Source of the DNA: Escherichia coli O157:H7
GTDB taxonomy: Bacteria > Pseudomonadota > Gammaproteobacteria > Enterobacterales > Enterobacteriaceae
Direction: 5' to 3' (one strand)
Assembly: GCF_013167455.1 (NCBI RefSeq)
Contig: NZ_CP038328.1
Length of the DNA stretch: 64,000 nucleotides
Position numbers and translations under genes: made by a program. The notes under the pieces were generated by a model. It searched no databases. It saw nothing but the letters and a program-made list of their open reading frames with translations, and was not told where the DNA came from. Position 1 is the stretch's first letter. Each line of letters starts with the position of its first letter. This document shows, piece after piece, positions 11,460 to 22,303 of this stretch.

Positions 11460-11722
11460 ATATTGCCGGATAAATTAAACGCCTCTGTCAGTAATGATGG
11501 GGGCGTTTTTATTTTGCGAGCAGCATTCCTGATTTTAAACGTGAACGCCGCTGGAAGAATTATCAGGTATAGAATGGCGTCGGGTGCTTGAGGCTGTCTG
11601 GCGTTAAGCATTCGCGAGGTTCCAGATGGACAAAAGCCCCAGGCGATATTTCTATCAACCTGAGGCTCGCGTTCGAACGTAGCAATTCGGATGTTAGTCT
11701 CTTCTTTGCAGGGAGGCAAGAC

Positions 11723-11875
11723 ATGCTAACAAAATATGCCCTTGTGGCAATCATAGTACTGTGTTGTACAGTACTGGGATTCACGCTCATGGTAGGCGAC
11801 TCGTTATGTGAGTTGAGTATCAGAGAGCGTGGTATGGAGTTTAAGGCAGTTCTCGCTTACGAATCGAAGAAGTAG
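11723..11875 (+). CDS. Hok/Gef-family type I toxin (small membrane peptide), hokX-like position
   Basis: 50-aa [53 protein letters not shown]; Hok-like TM segment plus SLCE...AYE motif; GC stem-loop follows. Confidence 0.7.
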   Translation: MLTKYALVAIIVLCCTVLGFTLMVGDSLCELSIRERGMEFKAVLAYESKK

Positions 11876-11880
11876 CCACC

Positions 11881-11902
11881 ACGCGGGGGTAAAACCCCGC
11901 GT
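11881..11902 (+). terminator. stem-loop at 3' end of hok-like transcript
   Basis: acgcgggggtaaaaccccgcgt inverted repeat. Confidence 0.4.
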
Positions 11903-12066
11903 ATTGAATTGTGATGGTTTGGTCTCCTGTACCCTTTTTTAAATTTATATTTTTTATGTGAATATATAGTCTCTATTTATCATTATGAATTTCAAATGAA
12001 AATCATTAATTTATTCATAATATAAATGTTTATTGGCTGATATATATCACAGATAATTTTTAAAAT

Positions 12067-14766
12067 ATGCGTAAATATCCTTTAAGTTTACTGAAGGATA
12101 AAAATATTGTGACTTTCTTTGATTTCTGGGGAAAAACCCGACGTGGCGAGAAAGAGGGTGGCGACGGCTATCACCTTCTTTGCTGGCATTCGCTGGATGT
12201 GGCCGCAATGGGCTATTTAATGGTTAAAAGAAATTGCTTCGGGCTGGCTGATTACTTTCGTCAATTAGGGATTTCTGACAAGGAACAGGCGGCTCAATTT
12301 TTCGCTTGGTTGCTGTGCTGGCACGATATTGGAAAATTTGCCCGCTCTTTTCAGCAACTTTACCTGGCCCCTGAACTCAAGATTCCGGAAGGTTCCAGAA
12401 AGAATTACGAAAAGATCTCTCATTCAACGCTGGGTTACTGGCTGTGGAATTATTATTTAAGTGAATGTGAGGAGTTGCTTCCTTCATCTTCACTCTCTTC
12501 TCGTAAACTTACACGTGTAATAGAGATGTGGATGTCCATAACTACCGGGCATCATGGTCGACCACCTGACCGTATTGATGAGCTGGATAATTTTCTGCCT
12601 GAAGACAAAGCTGCCGCGCGAGATTTTCTCCTTGAAATCAAGGCACTGTTTCCGCTCATAGAGATTCCCACATTCTGGGATGATGACGAGGGCGTTGAAC
12701 TTTTAAAACAACTTTCCTGGTATATCTCTGCAACAGTCGTACTCGCAGACTGGACGGGTTCGTCAACGCGATTTTTTCCACGCGTCGCACACCCAATGGA
12801 TATTAAAGATTACTGGCAGAAAACTTTAGTTCAGGCTCAAAACGCCTTAACCGTCTTTCCTCCAAAAGCAGAAACCGCACCTTTCACCGGAATTAATACG
12901 CTGTTTCCTTTTATTGAGCACCCGACACCATTACAGCAAAAGGTACTGGATCTGGATATCAGCCAGCCAGGGCCACAGTTATTTATTCTGGAAGACGTGA
13001 CTGGCGCAGGTAAAACAGAAGCGGCGCTTATCCTGGCGCACAGGTTGATGGCTGCGAGGAAAGCACAGGGTTTGTTTTTTGGCCTGCCAACAATGGCAAC
13101 GGCCAATGCCATGTACGATCGGCTGGTCAAAACCTGGCTTGCTTTCTATTCGCCAGAGTCCCGCCCCAGCTTGGTGCTGGCACACAGTGCCCGCACATTA
13201 ATGGACCGCTTCAATGAATCACTCTGGTCCGGTGATTTAGTCGGGTCAGAAGAACCGGATGAACAAACATTCAGTCAGGGATGTGCGGCCTGGTTTGCCA
13301 ACAGTAACAAGAAGGCGCTACTGGCTGAAATTGGCGTCGGCACGCTGGATCAGGCGATGATGGCAGTGATGCCGTTTAAACATAATAATCTGCGGCTTCT
13401 GGGGTTGAGTAACAAAATCCTGCTGGCTGATGAGATCCATGCCTGTGATGCTTACATGTCGTGCATTCTTGAAGGGCTGATCGAGCGGCAGGCGCGTGGC
13501 GGAAACAGCGTCATTTTGCTTTCTGCTACGTTATCCCAACAGCAGCGCGACAAACTCGTCGCCGCCTTTGCGCGTGGCACAGAGGGCCAGCAAGAAGCTC
13601 CGTTCCTTGAAAAGGATGATTACCCCTGGCTGACGCATGTCACGAAATCCGATGTGAACTCACACCGGGTAGCGACGCGCAAAGACGTTGAGCGTAGCGT
13701 CAGCGTGGGTTGGCTTCATAGTGAACAAGAGAGTATTGCGCGTATCGAATCGGCGGTAAGTCAGGGAAAATGCATCGCCTGGATCCGGAATTCTGTCGAT
13801 GACGCTATTAAGGTTCATCGTCAGCTGCTTGCCCGCGGCGTCATTCCCGCTTCCAGCCTTTCACTCTTTCATAGCCGCTTTGCTTTTAGCGATCGCCAGC
13901 GAATTGAAATGGAGACGCTGGCACGCTTTGGTAAAGAAGACGGTTCACAGCGTGCCGGAAAAGTCCTCATTTGTACTCAGGTCTTAGAGCAGAGCGTTGA
14001 TTGTGACCTGGACGAAATGATCTCCGACCTGGCCCCTGTTGATTTGCTGATTCAGCGAGCGGGGCGATTACAGCGGCATATCCGCGATATTAATGGTCAG
14101 TTAAAGCGTGACGGAAAAGACGAGCGTTCCCCTCCTGAATTGCTGATTCTGGCCCCCGTCTGGGACGACGCTCCTGGTGACGAATGGTTCGGCAGTGCCA
14201 TGCGTAACAGTGCATATGTCTATCCCGATCATGGACGAATCTGGCTGACGCAGCGTGTACTGCGTGAGCAAGGCGCTATTCAAATGCCACACGCAGCCCG
14301 CCTTCTTATTGAATCAGTCTACGGTGAGGACGTGGTAATGCCGGAAGGATTTGCCCGCAGCGAGCAGGAGCAAGTGGGCAAATATTACTGCGATCGCGCA
14401 ATGGCTAAAAAGTTTGTCCTGAACTTCAAGCCTGGCTATGCCGCCAATATCAACGATTACCTTCCGGAAAAGCTGTCGACACGTCTGGCTGAGGAATCTG
14501 TTTCCCTGTGGCTGGCTACCTGTATTGCCGGTGTGGTGAAGCCTTATGCCACCGGTGCTCACGCATGGGAAATGAGCGTTGTCAGAGTGCGTCGAAGCTG
14601 GTGGAAAAAACATCGGGATGAGTTTTCTTTACTGGAAGGGGAAGCGTTCAGGCAGTGGTGCATTGAACAGCGGCAAGATCCGGAAATGGCAAACGTGATT
14701 TTAGTCACTGATGACGAAAGTTGCGGGTATTCGGCCAGGGAGGGATTGATTGGCAAGGTTGATTGA
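12067..14766 (+). CDS. cas3: Cas3 HD nuclease/helicase (type I-E)
   Basis: 899-aa ORF; HD motif (LLCWHDIGKF), Walker A (GAGKTEAA), DEIH; alternative GTG start at 12109 possible. Confidence 0.9.
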   Translation: MRKYPLSLLKDKNIVTFFDFWGKTRRGEKEGGDGYHLLCWHSLDVAAMGYLMVKRNCFGLADYFRQLGISDKEQAAQFFAWLLCWHDIGKFARSFQQLYLAPELKIPEGSRKNYEKISHSTLGYWLWNYYLSECEELLPSSSLSSRKLTRVIEMWMSITTGHHGRPPDRIDELDNFLPEDKAAARDFLLEIKALFPLIEIPTFWDDDEGVELLKQLSWYISATVVLADWTGSSTRFFPRVAHPMDIKDYWQKTLVQAQNALTVFPPKAETAPFTGINTLFPFIEHPTPLQQKVLDLDISQPGPQLFILEDVTGAGKTEAALILAHRLMAARKAQGLFFGLPTMATANAMYDRLVKTWLAFYSPESRPSLVLAHSARTLMDRFNESLWSGDLVGSEEPDEQTFSQGCAAWFANSNKKALLAEIGVGTLDQAMMAVMPFKHNNLRLLGLSNKILLADEIHACDAYMSCILEGLIERQARGGNSVILLSATLSQQQRDKLVAAFARGTEGQQEAPFLEKDDYPWLTHVTKSDVNSHRVATRKDVERSVSVGWLHSEQESIARIESAVSQGKCIAWIRNSVDDAIKVHRQLLARGVIPASSLSLFHSRFAFSDRQRIEMETLARFGKEDGSQRAGKVLICTQVLEQSVDCDLDEMISDLAPVDLLIQRAGRLQRHIRDINGQLKRDGKDERSPPELLILAPVWDDAPGDEWFGSAMRNSAYVYPDHGRIWLTQRVLREQGAIQMPHAARLLIESVYGEDVVMPEGFARSEQEQVGKYYCDRAMAKKFVLNFKPGYAANINDYLPEKLSTRLAEESVSLWLATCIAGVVKPYATGAHAWEMSVVRVRRSWWKKHRDEFSLLEGEAFRQWCIEQRQDPEMANVILVTDDESCGYSAREGLIGKVD

Positions 14767-14863
14767 GATACCTGCGACAGGACTCTCTGAATAGTTGATA
14801 CACCGAAAAGGATGGAATGATGGACAACCGACCAGGGATGGTCTTTTTTACGAGAGGATACAT

Positions 14864-16426
14864 ATGAACTCGTTTTCACTTCTGACAACCCCGTGGTTGC
14901 CCGTTCGTTTTAAAGACGGAACAACAGGCAAGCTGGCGCCAGTCGATCTGGCGGATGAAAATGTTGTCGATATCGCTGCGCCGCGGGCAGATCTCCAGGG
15001 GGCGGCATGGCAGTTTTTGCTGGGGTTACTACAAAGCAGTTTCGCGCCAAAAGATTATCGTCGTTGGGATGATATCTGGGAAGACGGGCTGGAAGCTGAA
15101 AAGCTACGGGAAGCATTGCTGTCATTAGAACACCCTTTCCAGTTTGGCCCAGATTCACCTTCATTTATGCAGGATTTCGAGGTGCTCATGGGCGATAAAG
15201 TTCAGGTCGCTTCGCTACTGCCTGAGATTCCCGGCGCTCAAACAACGAAGTTTAATAAAGACCACTTTATTAAGCGTGGCGTGACTGAACACGTATGCTC
15301 TCATTGTTCTGCGTTAGCTCTGTTCTCCCTACAGTTAAATGCGCCGTCAGGTGGCAAAGGCTATCGCACCGGTTTACGCGGCGGTGGGCCGATGACGACT
15401 CTGATTGAATTGCAGGAGTATCAGGGTAATCAACAAGCCCCCTTGTGGCGCAAACTGTGGCTCAACGTGATGCCGCAGGATGAAGCCGACTTACCGCTAC
15501 CCAAAAAATTTGACGATCTGGTTTTCCCCTGGCTTGGCCCGACGCGTACCAGCGAACTGGCCGGTGCGGTGGTAACCGATGATCAGGTCAATAAACTCCA
15601 GGCGTACTGGGGAATGCCGCGGCGTATTCGTATTGATTTTAATACCACGACAGTCGGCAACTGCGATATTTGCGGTGAGCAGAGTGACGCGCTTCTGAGT
15701 TTGATGACTACCAAAAATTACGGTGCGAATTATGCCATGTGGCAGCATCCCTTAACGCCTTACCGTGTACCACTTAAAGAGGGCGGTGAGTTTTACTCCG
15801 TTAAACCACAACCGGGCGGTTTAATCTGGCGCGACTGGTTAGGCCTTATCGAAACGGGTAAGTCAGAAAACAATACGGAACTTCCCGCGCTGGTGGTGAA
15901 ACTCTTTAATGCCAGCAGTCTGAAACAGGCAAAAGTGGGCCTGTGGGGATTTGGTTATGATTTCGACAACATGAAAGCGCGCTGTTGGTACGAACACCAT
16001 TTCCCGCTGCTGCTCAATAAAAAAGAAGGCCAGATACCGAAGCTGCGGCTGGCTGCGCAAACGGCTTCACGGATTCTGAGTCTGTTACGGAGTGCATTGA
16101 AAGAAGCATGGTTCTCCGATCCAAAAGGTGCAAGGGGTGATTTCAGTTTTGTGGATATCGACTTCTGGAACAAAACTCAGCATCGCTTCCTGAGGTTAGT
16201 GCGCCAAATTGAAGAAGGTCAGGATGCGGATGAATTACTCGGCAAATGGCAAAAGGAAATTTGGTTATTCGCACGTCAGGATTTTGACGAGCGTGTATTC
16301 ACCAATCCTTATGAGCCCGTTGATTTGGAACGCGTCATGACCGCGCGCAAGAAATATTTTACAACATCGGCGGAGAAGCAAAGTGCTAAAGCCGCCAGGG
16401 AGAAAAAGCAGGAGGCTGCTGAATGA
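14864..16426 (+). CDS. casA: Cascade large subunit Cse1/CasA
   Basis: ORF 14795..16426; ATG 14864 after GAGAGGA; first gene after cas3. Confidence 0.85.
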   Translation: MNSFSLLTTPWLPVRFKDGTTGKLAPVDLADENVVDIAAPRADLQGAAWQFLLGLLQSSFAPKDYRRWDDIWEDGLEAEKLREALLSLEHPFQFGPDSPSFMQDFEVLMGDKVQVASLLPEIPGAQTTKFNKDHFIKRGVTEHVCSHCSALALFSLQLNAPSGGKGYRTGLRGGGPMTTLIELQEYQGNQQAPLWRKLWLNVMPQDEADLPLPKKFDDLVFPWLGPTRTSELAGAVVTDDQVNKLQAYWGMPRRIRIDFNTTTVGNCDICGEQSDALLSLMTTKNYGANYAMWQHPLTPYRVPLKEGGEFYSVKPQPGGLIWRDWLGLIETGKSENNTELPALVVKLFNASSLKQAKVGLWGFGYDFDNMKARCWYEHHFPLLLNKKEGQIPKLRLAAQTASRILSLLRSALKEAWFSDPKGARGDFSFVDIDFWNKTQHRFLRLVRQIEEGQDADELLGKWQKEIWLFARQDFDERVFTNPYEPVDLERVMTARKKYFTTSAEKQSAKAAREKKQEAAE

Positions 16427-16959
16427 GTATTGTAAAAGAGGAGCACAAAGCCACGCTGCGCAAATGGCATGAGGAATTGCAGGAGAAACGCGGCGAACGT
16501 GCCAGTCTGCGGCGTAGTACGACGGTTAATGATGTTTGTCTGACGGATGGATTTCGCCTGTTTCTGAAGAACAGACAAATAAAGTGGCAGGATGAACCTG
16601 AATGGCGTATTACCGCACTGGCGCTGATAGCCGCACTTAGCGCTAATGTTAAAGCCATTGATGAACGGCTGCCTTTTGCTGCGCAGCTGGCGGCGGTAAT
16701 GTCAAAGGGGCGTTTTACTCGCCTGTCGGCAGTAAAAACACCGGATGAATTACTGCGCCAGTTACGCCGCGTAGTCAGATTATTAAACGGTTCCGTTAAT
16801 CTTGACTCTCTGGCAGAGGGTGTCTTCCGCTGGTGCCAGGAGAGCGACGATCTGCTCAATCATCACCGCCGTCATCAGCGGCCAACCGAATTTATCCGTA
16901 TCCGCTGGGCGCTGGAATATTACCAGGCTGGCGACGTCGATAACGAACAAAATCAATAA
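16423..16959 (+). CDS. casB: Cascade small subunit Cse2/CasB
   Basis: 178-aa ORF; ATGA overlap with casA. Confidence 0.8.
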   Translation: MSIVKEEHKATLRKWHEELQEKRGERASLRRSTTVNDVCLTDGFRLFLKNRQIKWQDEPEWRITALALIAALSANVKAIDERLPFAAQLAAVMSKGRFTRLSAVKTPDELLRQLRRVVRLLNGSVNLDSLAEGVFRWCQESDDLLNHHRRHQRPTEFIRIRWALEYYQAGDVDNEQNQ

Positions 16960-16970
16960 AGGACTATCTC

Positions 16971-18026
16971 ATGACGACATTTATTCAGCTTCATTTGTTA
17001 ACCGCTTACCCTGCAGCCAACCTTAACCGTGATGACACCGGAGCGCCGAAAACCGTGGTCCTGGGTGGAGCAACGCGACTGCGCGTTTCCTCGCAAAGTC
17101 TGAAACGTGCGTGGCGCACTTCTGCACTTTTTGAACAGGCACTGGCGGGCCATATTGGTATTCGCAGTGGGCGTATTGCGCGTGAGGCGGCAACTATCCT
17201 GATTGAGAAAGGCATCGAAGAGAAAAAAGCCATCGAATGGGCGGCAAAAATTGCGGATTATCTTGGGAAAGCTAAAAACGACAAAAAACCAAAAGATCCG
17301 CTCACTAACGCCGAAACTGAACAATTAGTCCATATCAGCCCGGCAGAATTTGACGCCGTAAAAGCGCTGGCCCATCAACTGGCCGAAGAAAAGCGCGCGC
17401 CAAAAGAGGAAGATCTCGCTTTGTTACGTAAAGATCGCATGGCAGTAGATATCGCTATGTTTGGTCGTATGCTGGCGAATAAACCCGAATTTAATGTTGA
17501 AGCCGCCTGCCAGGTCGCGCATGCATTTGGTGTCAGTGAAACGATTGTCGAAGATGATTTTTTCACCGCCGTTGATGATTTGCGCCAGGCTTCTGAAGAT
17601 GCCGGTGCCGGGCATCTTGGTGAAACCGGATTCGGTTCTGCGCTGTTCTACACCTATATCTGCATCGATAAAGATCTGCTGGTCGAAAACCTCGGCGGTG
17701 ACGAAGCGTTAGCTAATCAGACCTTGCGCGCCTTTACGGAAGCCGCACTTAAAGTCTCCCCAACCGGCAAACAGAACAGCTTTGCCAGCCGTGCCTACGC
17801 CTCCTGGGCGCTGGCAGAAAAAGGCACCGAACAACCACGTTCTCTGGCGGCGGCTTTCTATGAACCCATTAATGGCACCCGGCAGTTAGATGTGGCGGTG
17901 CAGCGTATTACAACGCTTCGCGAAAATATGAATACGGTCTATGAACAGAAGACCGAATGCGCAAGCTTTGACGTGATGAACAAACAGGGAAGCATGAAGG
18001 ACGTGCTGGACTTTATCTGCGCGTAA
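16971..18026 (+). CDS. casC: Cascade backbone Cas7/CasC
   Basis: 351-aa ORF; operon position. Confidence 0.85.
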   Translation: MTTFIQLHLLTAYPAANLNRDDTGAPKTVVLGGATRLRVSSQSLKRAWRTSALFEQALAGHIGIRSGRIAREAATILIEKGIEEKKAIEWAAKIADYLGKAKNDKKPKDPLTNAETEQLVHISPAEFDAVKALAHQLAEEKRAPKEEDLALLRKDRMAVDIAMFGRMLANKPEFNVEAACQVAHAFGVSETIVEDDFFTAVDDLRQASEDAGAGHLGETGFGSALFYTYICIDKDLLVENLGGDEALANQTLRAFTEAALKVSPTGKQNSFASRAYASWALAEKGTEQPRSLAAAFYEPINGTRQLDVAVQRITTLRENMNTVYEQKTECASFDVMNKQGSMKDVLDFICA

Positions 18027-18036
18027 GGGGCGGCTA

Positions 18037-18783
18037 ATGAGCCAATATTTGATTTTTCAGCTTCATGGGCCAATGGCATCCTGGGGCGTCGATGCCCCCG
18101 GCGAAGTGCGTCATACCCATGAACTGCCTTCGCGCTCAGCATTGCTGGGGCTGCTGGCTGCCGGGGTAGGGATTCGGCGTGATGATACCGAACGATTAAA
18201 CGCGTTTAACCGCCACTATTCACTGGTGGTTTGCGCCAGCCGTAACCCGCGCTGGGCACGGGATTATCACACGGTCCAGATGCCAAAAGAGGTGCGTAAA
18301 GCGCGTTATTTCAGCCGTCGCGAAGAGTTGAGCGCCCCTGATCTTCTGAGCGCGATTATCTCCCGGCGCGACTACTACACCGATGCCTGGTGGATGGTGG
18401 CGGTGGCAACAACCCCCGATGCGCCTTACAGCCTTGAACAGTTGCAGGACGGTTTACGTCATCCGGTTTTTCCGCTTTATCTGGGGCGAAAAAGTCATCC
18501 GCTGGCGTTACCACTTGCGCCGTTACTGCTCGAAGGCAACGCGTCTGATGTCTTACGTAACGCATACCAACAGTATCAGGATAGTTTCCGCGAACTGAAA
18601 GTCTCACTCCCGAAACTTCAGGATGAATGCTGGTGGGAAGGGGAACACGACGGCCTGGTCGCGAGCAAAATATTACGTCGCCGGGATGTTCCTTTAAATC
18701 GTCAGCAGTGGCTGTTTGGGGAACGCACCATCAATCAGGGGCCGTGGCTCAGCAAGGAGGAACCATGTACCTCTCAAGAATAA
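18037..18783 (+). CDS. casD: Cas5/CasD
   Basis: 248-aa ORF; operon position. Confidence 0.8.
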   Translation: MSQYLIFQLHGPMASWGVDAPGEVRHTHELPSRSALLGLLAAGVGIRRDDTERLNAFNRHYSLVVCASRNPRWARDYHTVQMPKEVRKARYFSRREELSAPDLLSAIISRRDYYTDAWWMVAVATTPDAPYSLEQLQDGLRHPVFPLYLGRKSHPLALPLAPLLLEGNASDVLRNAYQQYQDSFRELKVSLPKLQDECWWEGEHDGLVASKILRRRDVPLNRQQWLFGERTINQGPWLSKEEPCTSQE

Positions 18784-19411
18784 CCTTACATACCGGCCAG
18801 CTTTCGCCTGCGCAGTTGCTGCATTTGGTGGATCGCGGGGAATATGTGATGCATCAGTGGCTGTGGGATCTCTTCCCTGGCGGCAAAGAAAGGCAATTTC
18901 TTTATCGTCGGGAAGAACTCCAGGGCGCGTTTCGCTTTTTTGTACTGTCGCAGGAACGCCCGGCGGAAAGTGAAACGTTCACCATCGAATGCCGGTCATT
19001 TGTGCCCGAGCTGCGTACCGGACAACAACTTTGTTTCAACCTGCGGGCGAATCCAACAATCTGTAAAGCGGGCAAGCGCCACGATCTGCTGATGGAGGCG
19101 AAACGGCAGGTGAGGGGGCAGGCGGAAGGAAGTGATGTCTGGTTGCATCAACAACAGGCGGCGCTGGACTGGCTGGCAGCGCAGGGGGAGAGAAGCGGTT
19201 TTACACTGCTGGATACCTCGGTTGATGCCTACCGACAACAGCAACTGCGGCGGGAAAACTCCCGGCAACTGATCCAGTTCAGTAGCGTGGATTATACGGG
19301 GATGCTTACGGTCACCGATCCCGGGTTATTTCTGCAACGTCTCAGTCAGGGGTATGGCAAAAGCCGCGCGTTCGGCTGTGGTCTGATGCTGATCAAACCC
19401 GGAGCAGAGGT

Positions 19412-19415
<4 letters not shown>
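18765..19415 (+). CDS. casE: Cas6e/CasE crRNA endoribonuclease
   Basis: ORF 18627..19415; ATG 18765 after AAGGAGG; 216 aa. Confidence 0.85.
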
Positions 19416-20625
<1,210 letters not shown>

Positions 20626-20720
20626 GTTATGTGTTCTTTAAAAATAAGGAAATGTTTGAATTTAGTTGGTAGATTGTTGATGTGGAATAAATTTGTTTAA
20701 AAACAGATATGTATGCTTAG
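20626..20720 (+). promoter_or_regulatory. CRISPR leader (AT-rich)
   Basis: 95-bp AT-rich stretch between cas2 stop and first repeat. Confidence 0.7.
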
Positions 20721-20993
20721 TGTGTTCCCCGCGCCAGCGGGGATAAACCGTCACCAAAACAGTGACAAAAACTGTCACCAAAGTGTTCCCCGCGCCAGCG
20801 GGGATAAACCGCTCATATTCGGATTGATCGTGTGTTTCGGTTTGTGTTCCCCGCGCCAGCGGGGATAAACCGGCCCAGGGATTTGTTCAATCCAGCGTGC
20901 CGCTGTGTTCCCCGCATCAGCGGGGATAAACCGGGCGCACTGGATGCGATGATGGATATCACTTAGAATTCCCCGCCCCTGCGGTAGAACACC
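20721..20993 (+). CRISPR. Type I-E CRISPR array: 4 full 29-bp repeats, four 32-bp spacers, degenerate terminal repeat
   Basis: Repeat GTGTTCCCCGCGCCAGCGGGGATAAACCG at 20721, 20782, 20843; variant at 20904 (GCATCA loop); degenerate copy 20965..20993. Confidence 0.95.
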
Positions 20994-21014
20994 CAGCTCC
21001 CATTTTCCAACCCA

Positions 21015-22052
21015 TCAAGACGCCTTCGCCAACTCCTTCACCAGCGGTAGCATTATCCGCATAACGTCACGGCAGCGACGTTCTATTCTTCCAGGAAGTG
21101 CTTTATCAATATGTTGCTGATTATCCAGTCTTACGTCATGCCAGCTATTTCCCGCAGGGAATGCGGCTGTTTTTGCGCGTTGCTGATAACCATCTTTATT
21201 CCCAAGATTCCAGTTTGTCGCTTCCACCGAAAGTACAGCAATGCCCGCTTTGTCGAATATTTCTGCGTCATTACAACATCCAGTGCCTTTCGGATAATTT
21301 TTATTCAAACCCGGATTGGTCGTTGCGGCAATTCCATGACTACGCGCAATTGCCAGCGCCCTGTCGCGCGTTAATTTCCTTACTGCTTCAGGGGTTTTTA
21401 CACCGCTGTTGAAATACAATTTATCGCCAACAATTAAGTTATCGAGATTAATCACCAGCAGCGTATTTTTCTTTTCGGTGTCACTCATCCGCTTGAGTAA
21501 ATTCTCAGCGCCTAATTTCCCTTCCTCTTCTCCACTGGTCGCCACAAATCGAATACCATACTCGGTAGGCGTATTTTTCAGGCGTTCTGCCAGTTCCAGC
21601 ATGACACCTAAACCTGCGGCGTTATCATCCATTCCTTGTAACGTCAGCCCGCCGAGATTGGCATCTGCATCTGCGTCGCTCTGCGGGGCATAGGTATCCA
21701 GATGCGCCATAATAATGATCTGCTGCGGCGCTTTGCCTTCATGAGCGGCAATCACCGTACTTCCCGTCACGTTGTGCCAGTTTTTGCGGTTATCGCGGGC
21801 GGTATAAATATATCGGCTATTAAACGTACGAATATCACTGCGGTAACCCATTTGCTGAAACTGTTGCCGAATATAATCGGCAGATAACATTTCTGCGGGT
21901 GTTCCGGTCATTCGTCCCGGAAAGAAAGTGGCAATATGTCGCGCCTGTGTATTGGCAAAATCGCCAGGTTTAGGTGACGAGGCGTGTACGGGGAGAATAA
22001 AGCATACGCCGAGCGCCAGGGCAGCGGTACGGTGGCGCAATGCGGAAAACAT
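21015..22052 (-). CDS. iap: alkaline phosphatase isozyme conversion aminopeptidase
   Basis: 345-aa ORF with signal peptide; position between CRISPR and cysD. Confidence 0.85.
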   Translation of the reverse strand: MFSALRHRTAALALGVCFILPVHASSPKPGDFANTQARHIATFFPGRMTGTPAEMLSADYIRQQFQQMGYRSDIRTFNSRYIYTARDNRKNWHNVTGSTVIAAHEGKAPQQIIIMAHLDTYAPQSDADADANLGGLTLQGMDDNAAGLGVMLELAERLKNTPTEYGIRFVATSGEEEGKLGAENLLKRMSDTEKKNTLLVINLDNLIVGDKLYFNSGVKTPEAVRKLTRDRALAIARSHGIAATTNPGLNKNYPKGTGCCNDAEIFDKAGIAVLSVEATNWNLGNKDGYQQRAKTAAFPAGNSWHDVRLDNQQHIDKALPGRIERRCRDVMRIMLPLVKELAKAS

Positions 22053-22303
22053 AGTGAGTCCTTAAATACCATGCAAATTTTTTTACCGCCATAGTATGAA
22101 ACTGCCGCTGCGCTAAAACAATTTCAAATCTTCCTAAACGCCCGAAATCCGGTGCCTTAAGCACTTTTTGATATTAGCTTTGCCAAATCGTTATTCCGTT
22201 AAGGAACTACTCATTCTAATTGGTAATTTCATTCGTTCTCTTACGCTCCCTATAGTCGAAACATCTGATGGCAAGAAAATAGCGGTATTGCAAAGGAACG
22301 GTT

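Noticed and set aside
11327-11719. 130-aa minus-strand ORF spanning the cysH 3' end and the hok leader
   Set aside because: Crosses the cysH terminator hairpin and is antisense to cysH; more likely the region gives a short antisense RNA than a protein.
11588-11722. In-frame upstream extension of the hok-like ORF (95-aa ORF in the track)
   Set aside because: No ATG or ribosome-binding site at 11588; the Hok-like domain starts at ATG 11723. The separate 18-codon mini-ORF at 11626 is treated as a possible mok remnant, not as part of hok.
14795-14863. Upstream extension of casA (MIHRKGWNDGQ...)
   Set aside because: ATG at 14864 has a good Shine-Dalgarno (GAGAGGA); the extension would start inside the cas3-casA spacer without one.
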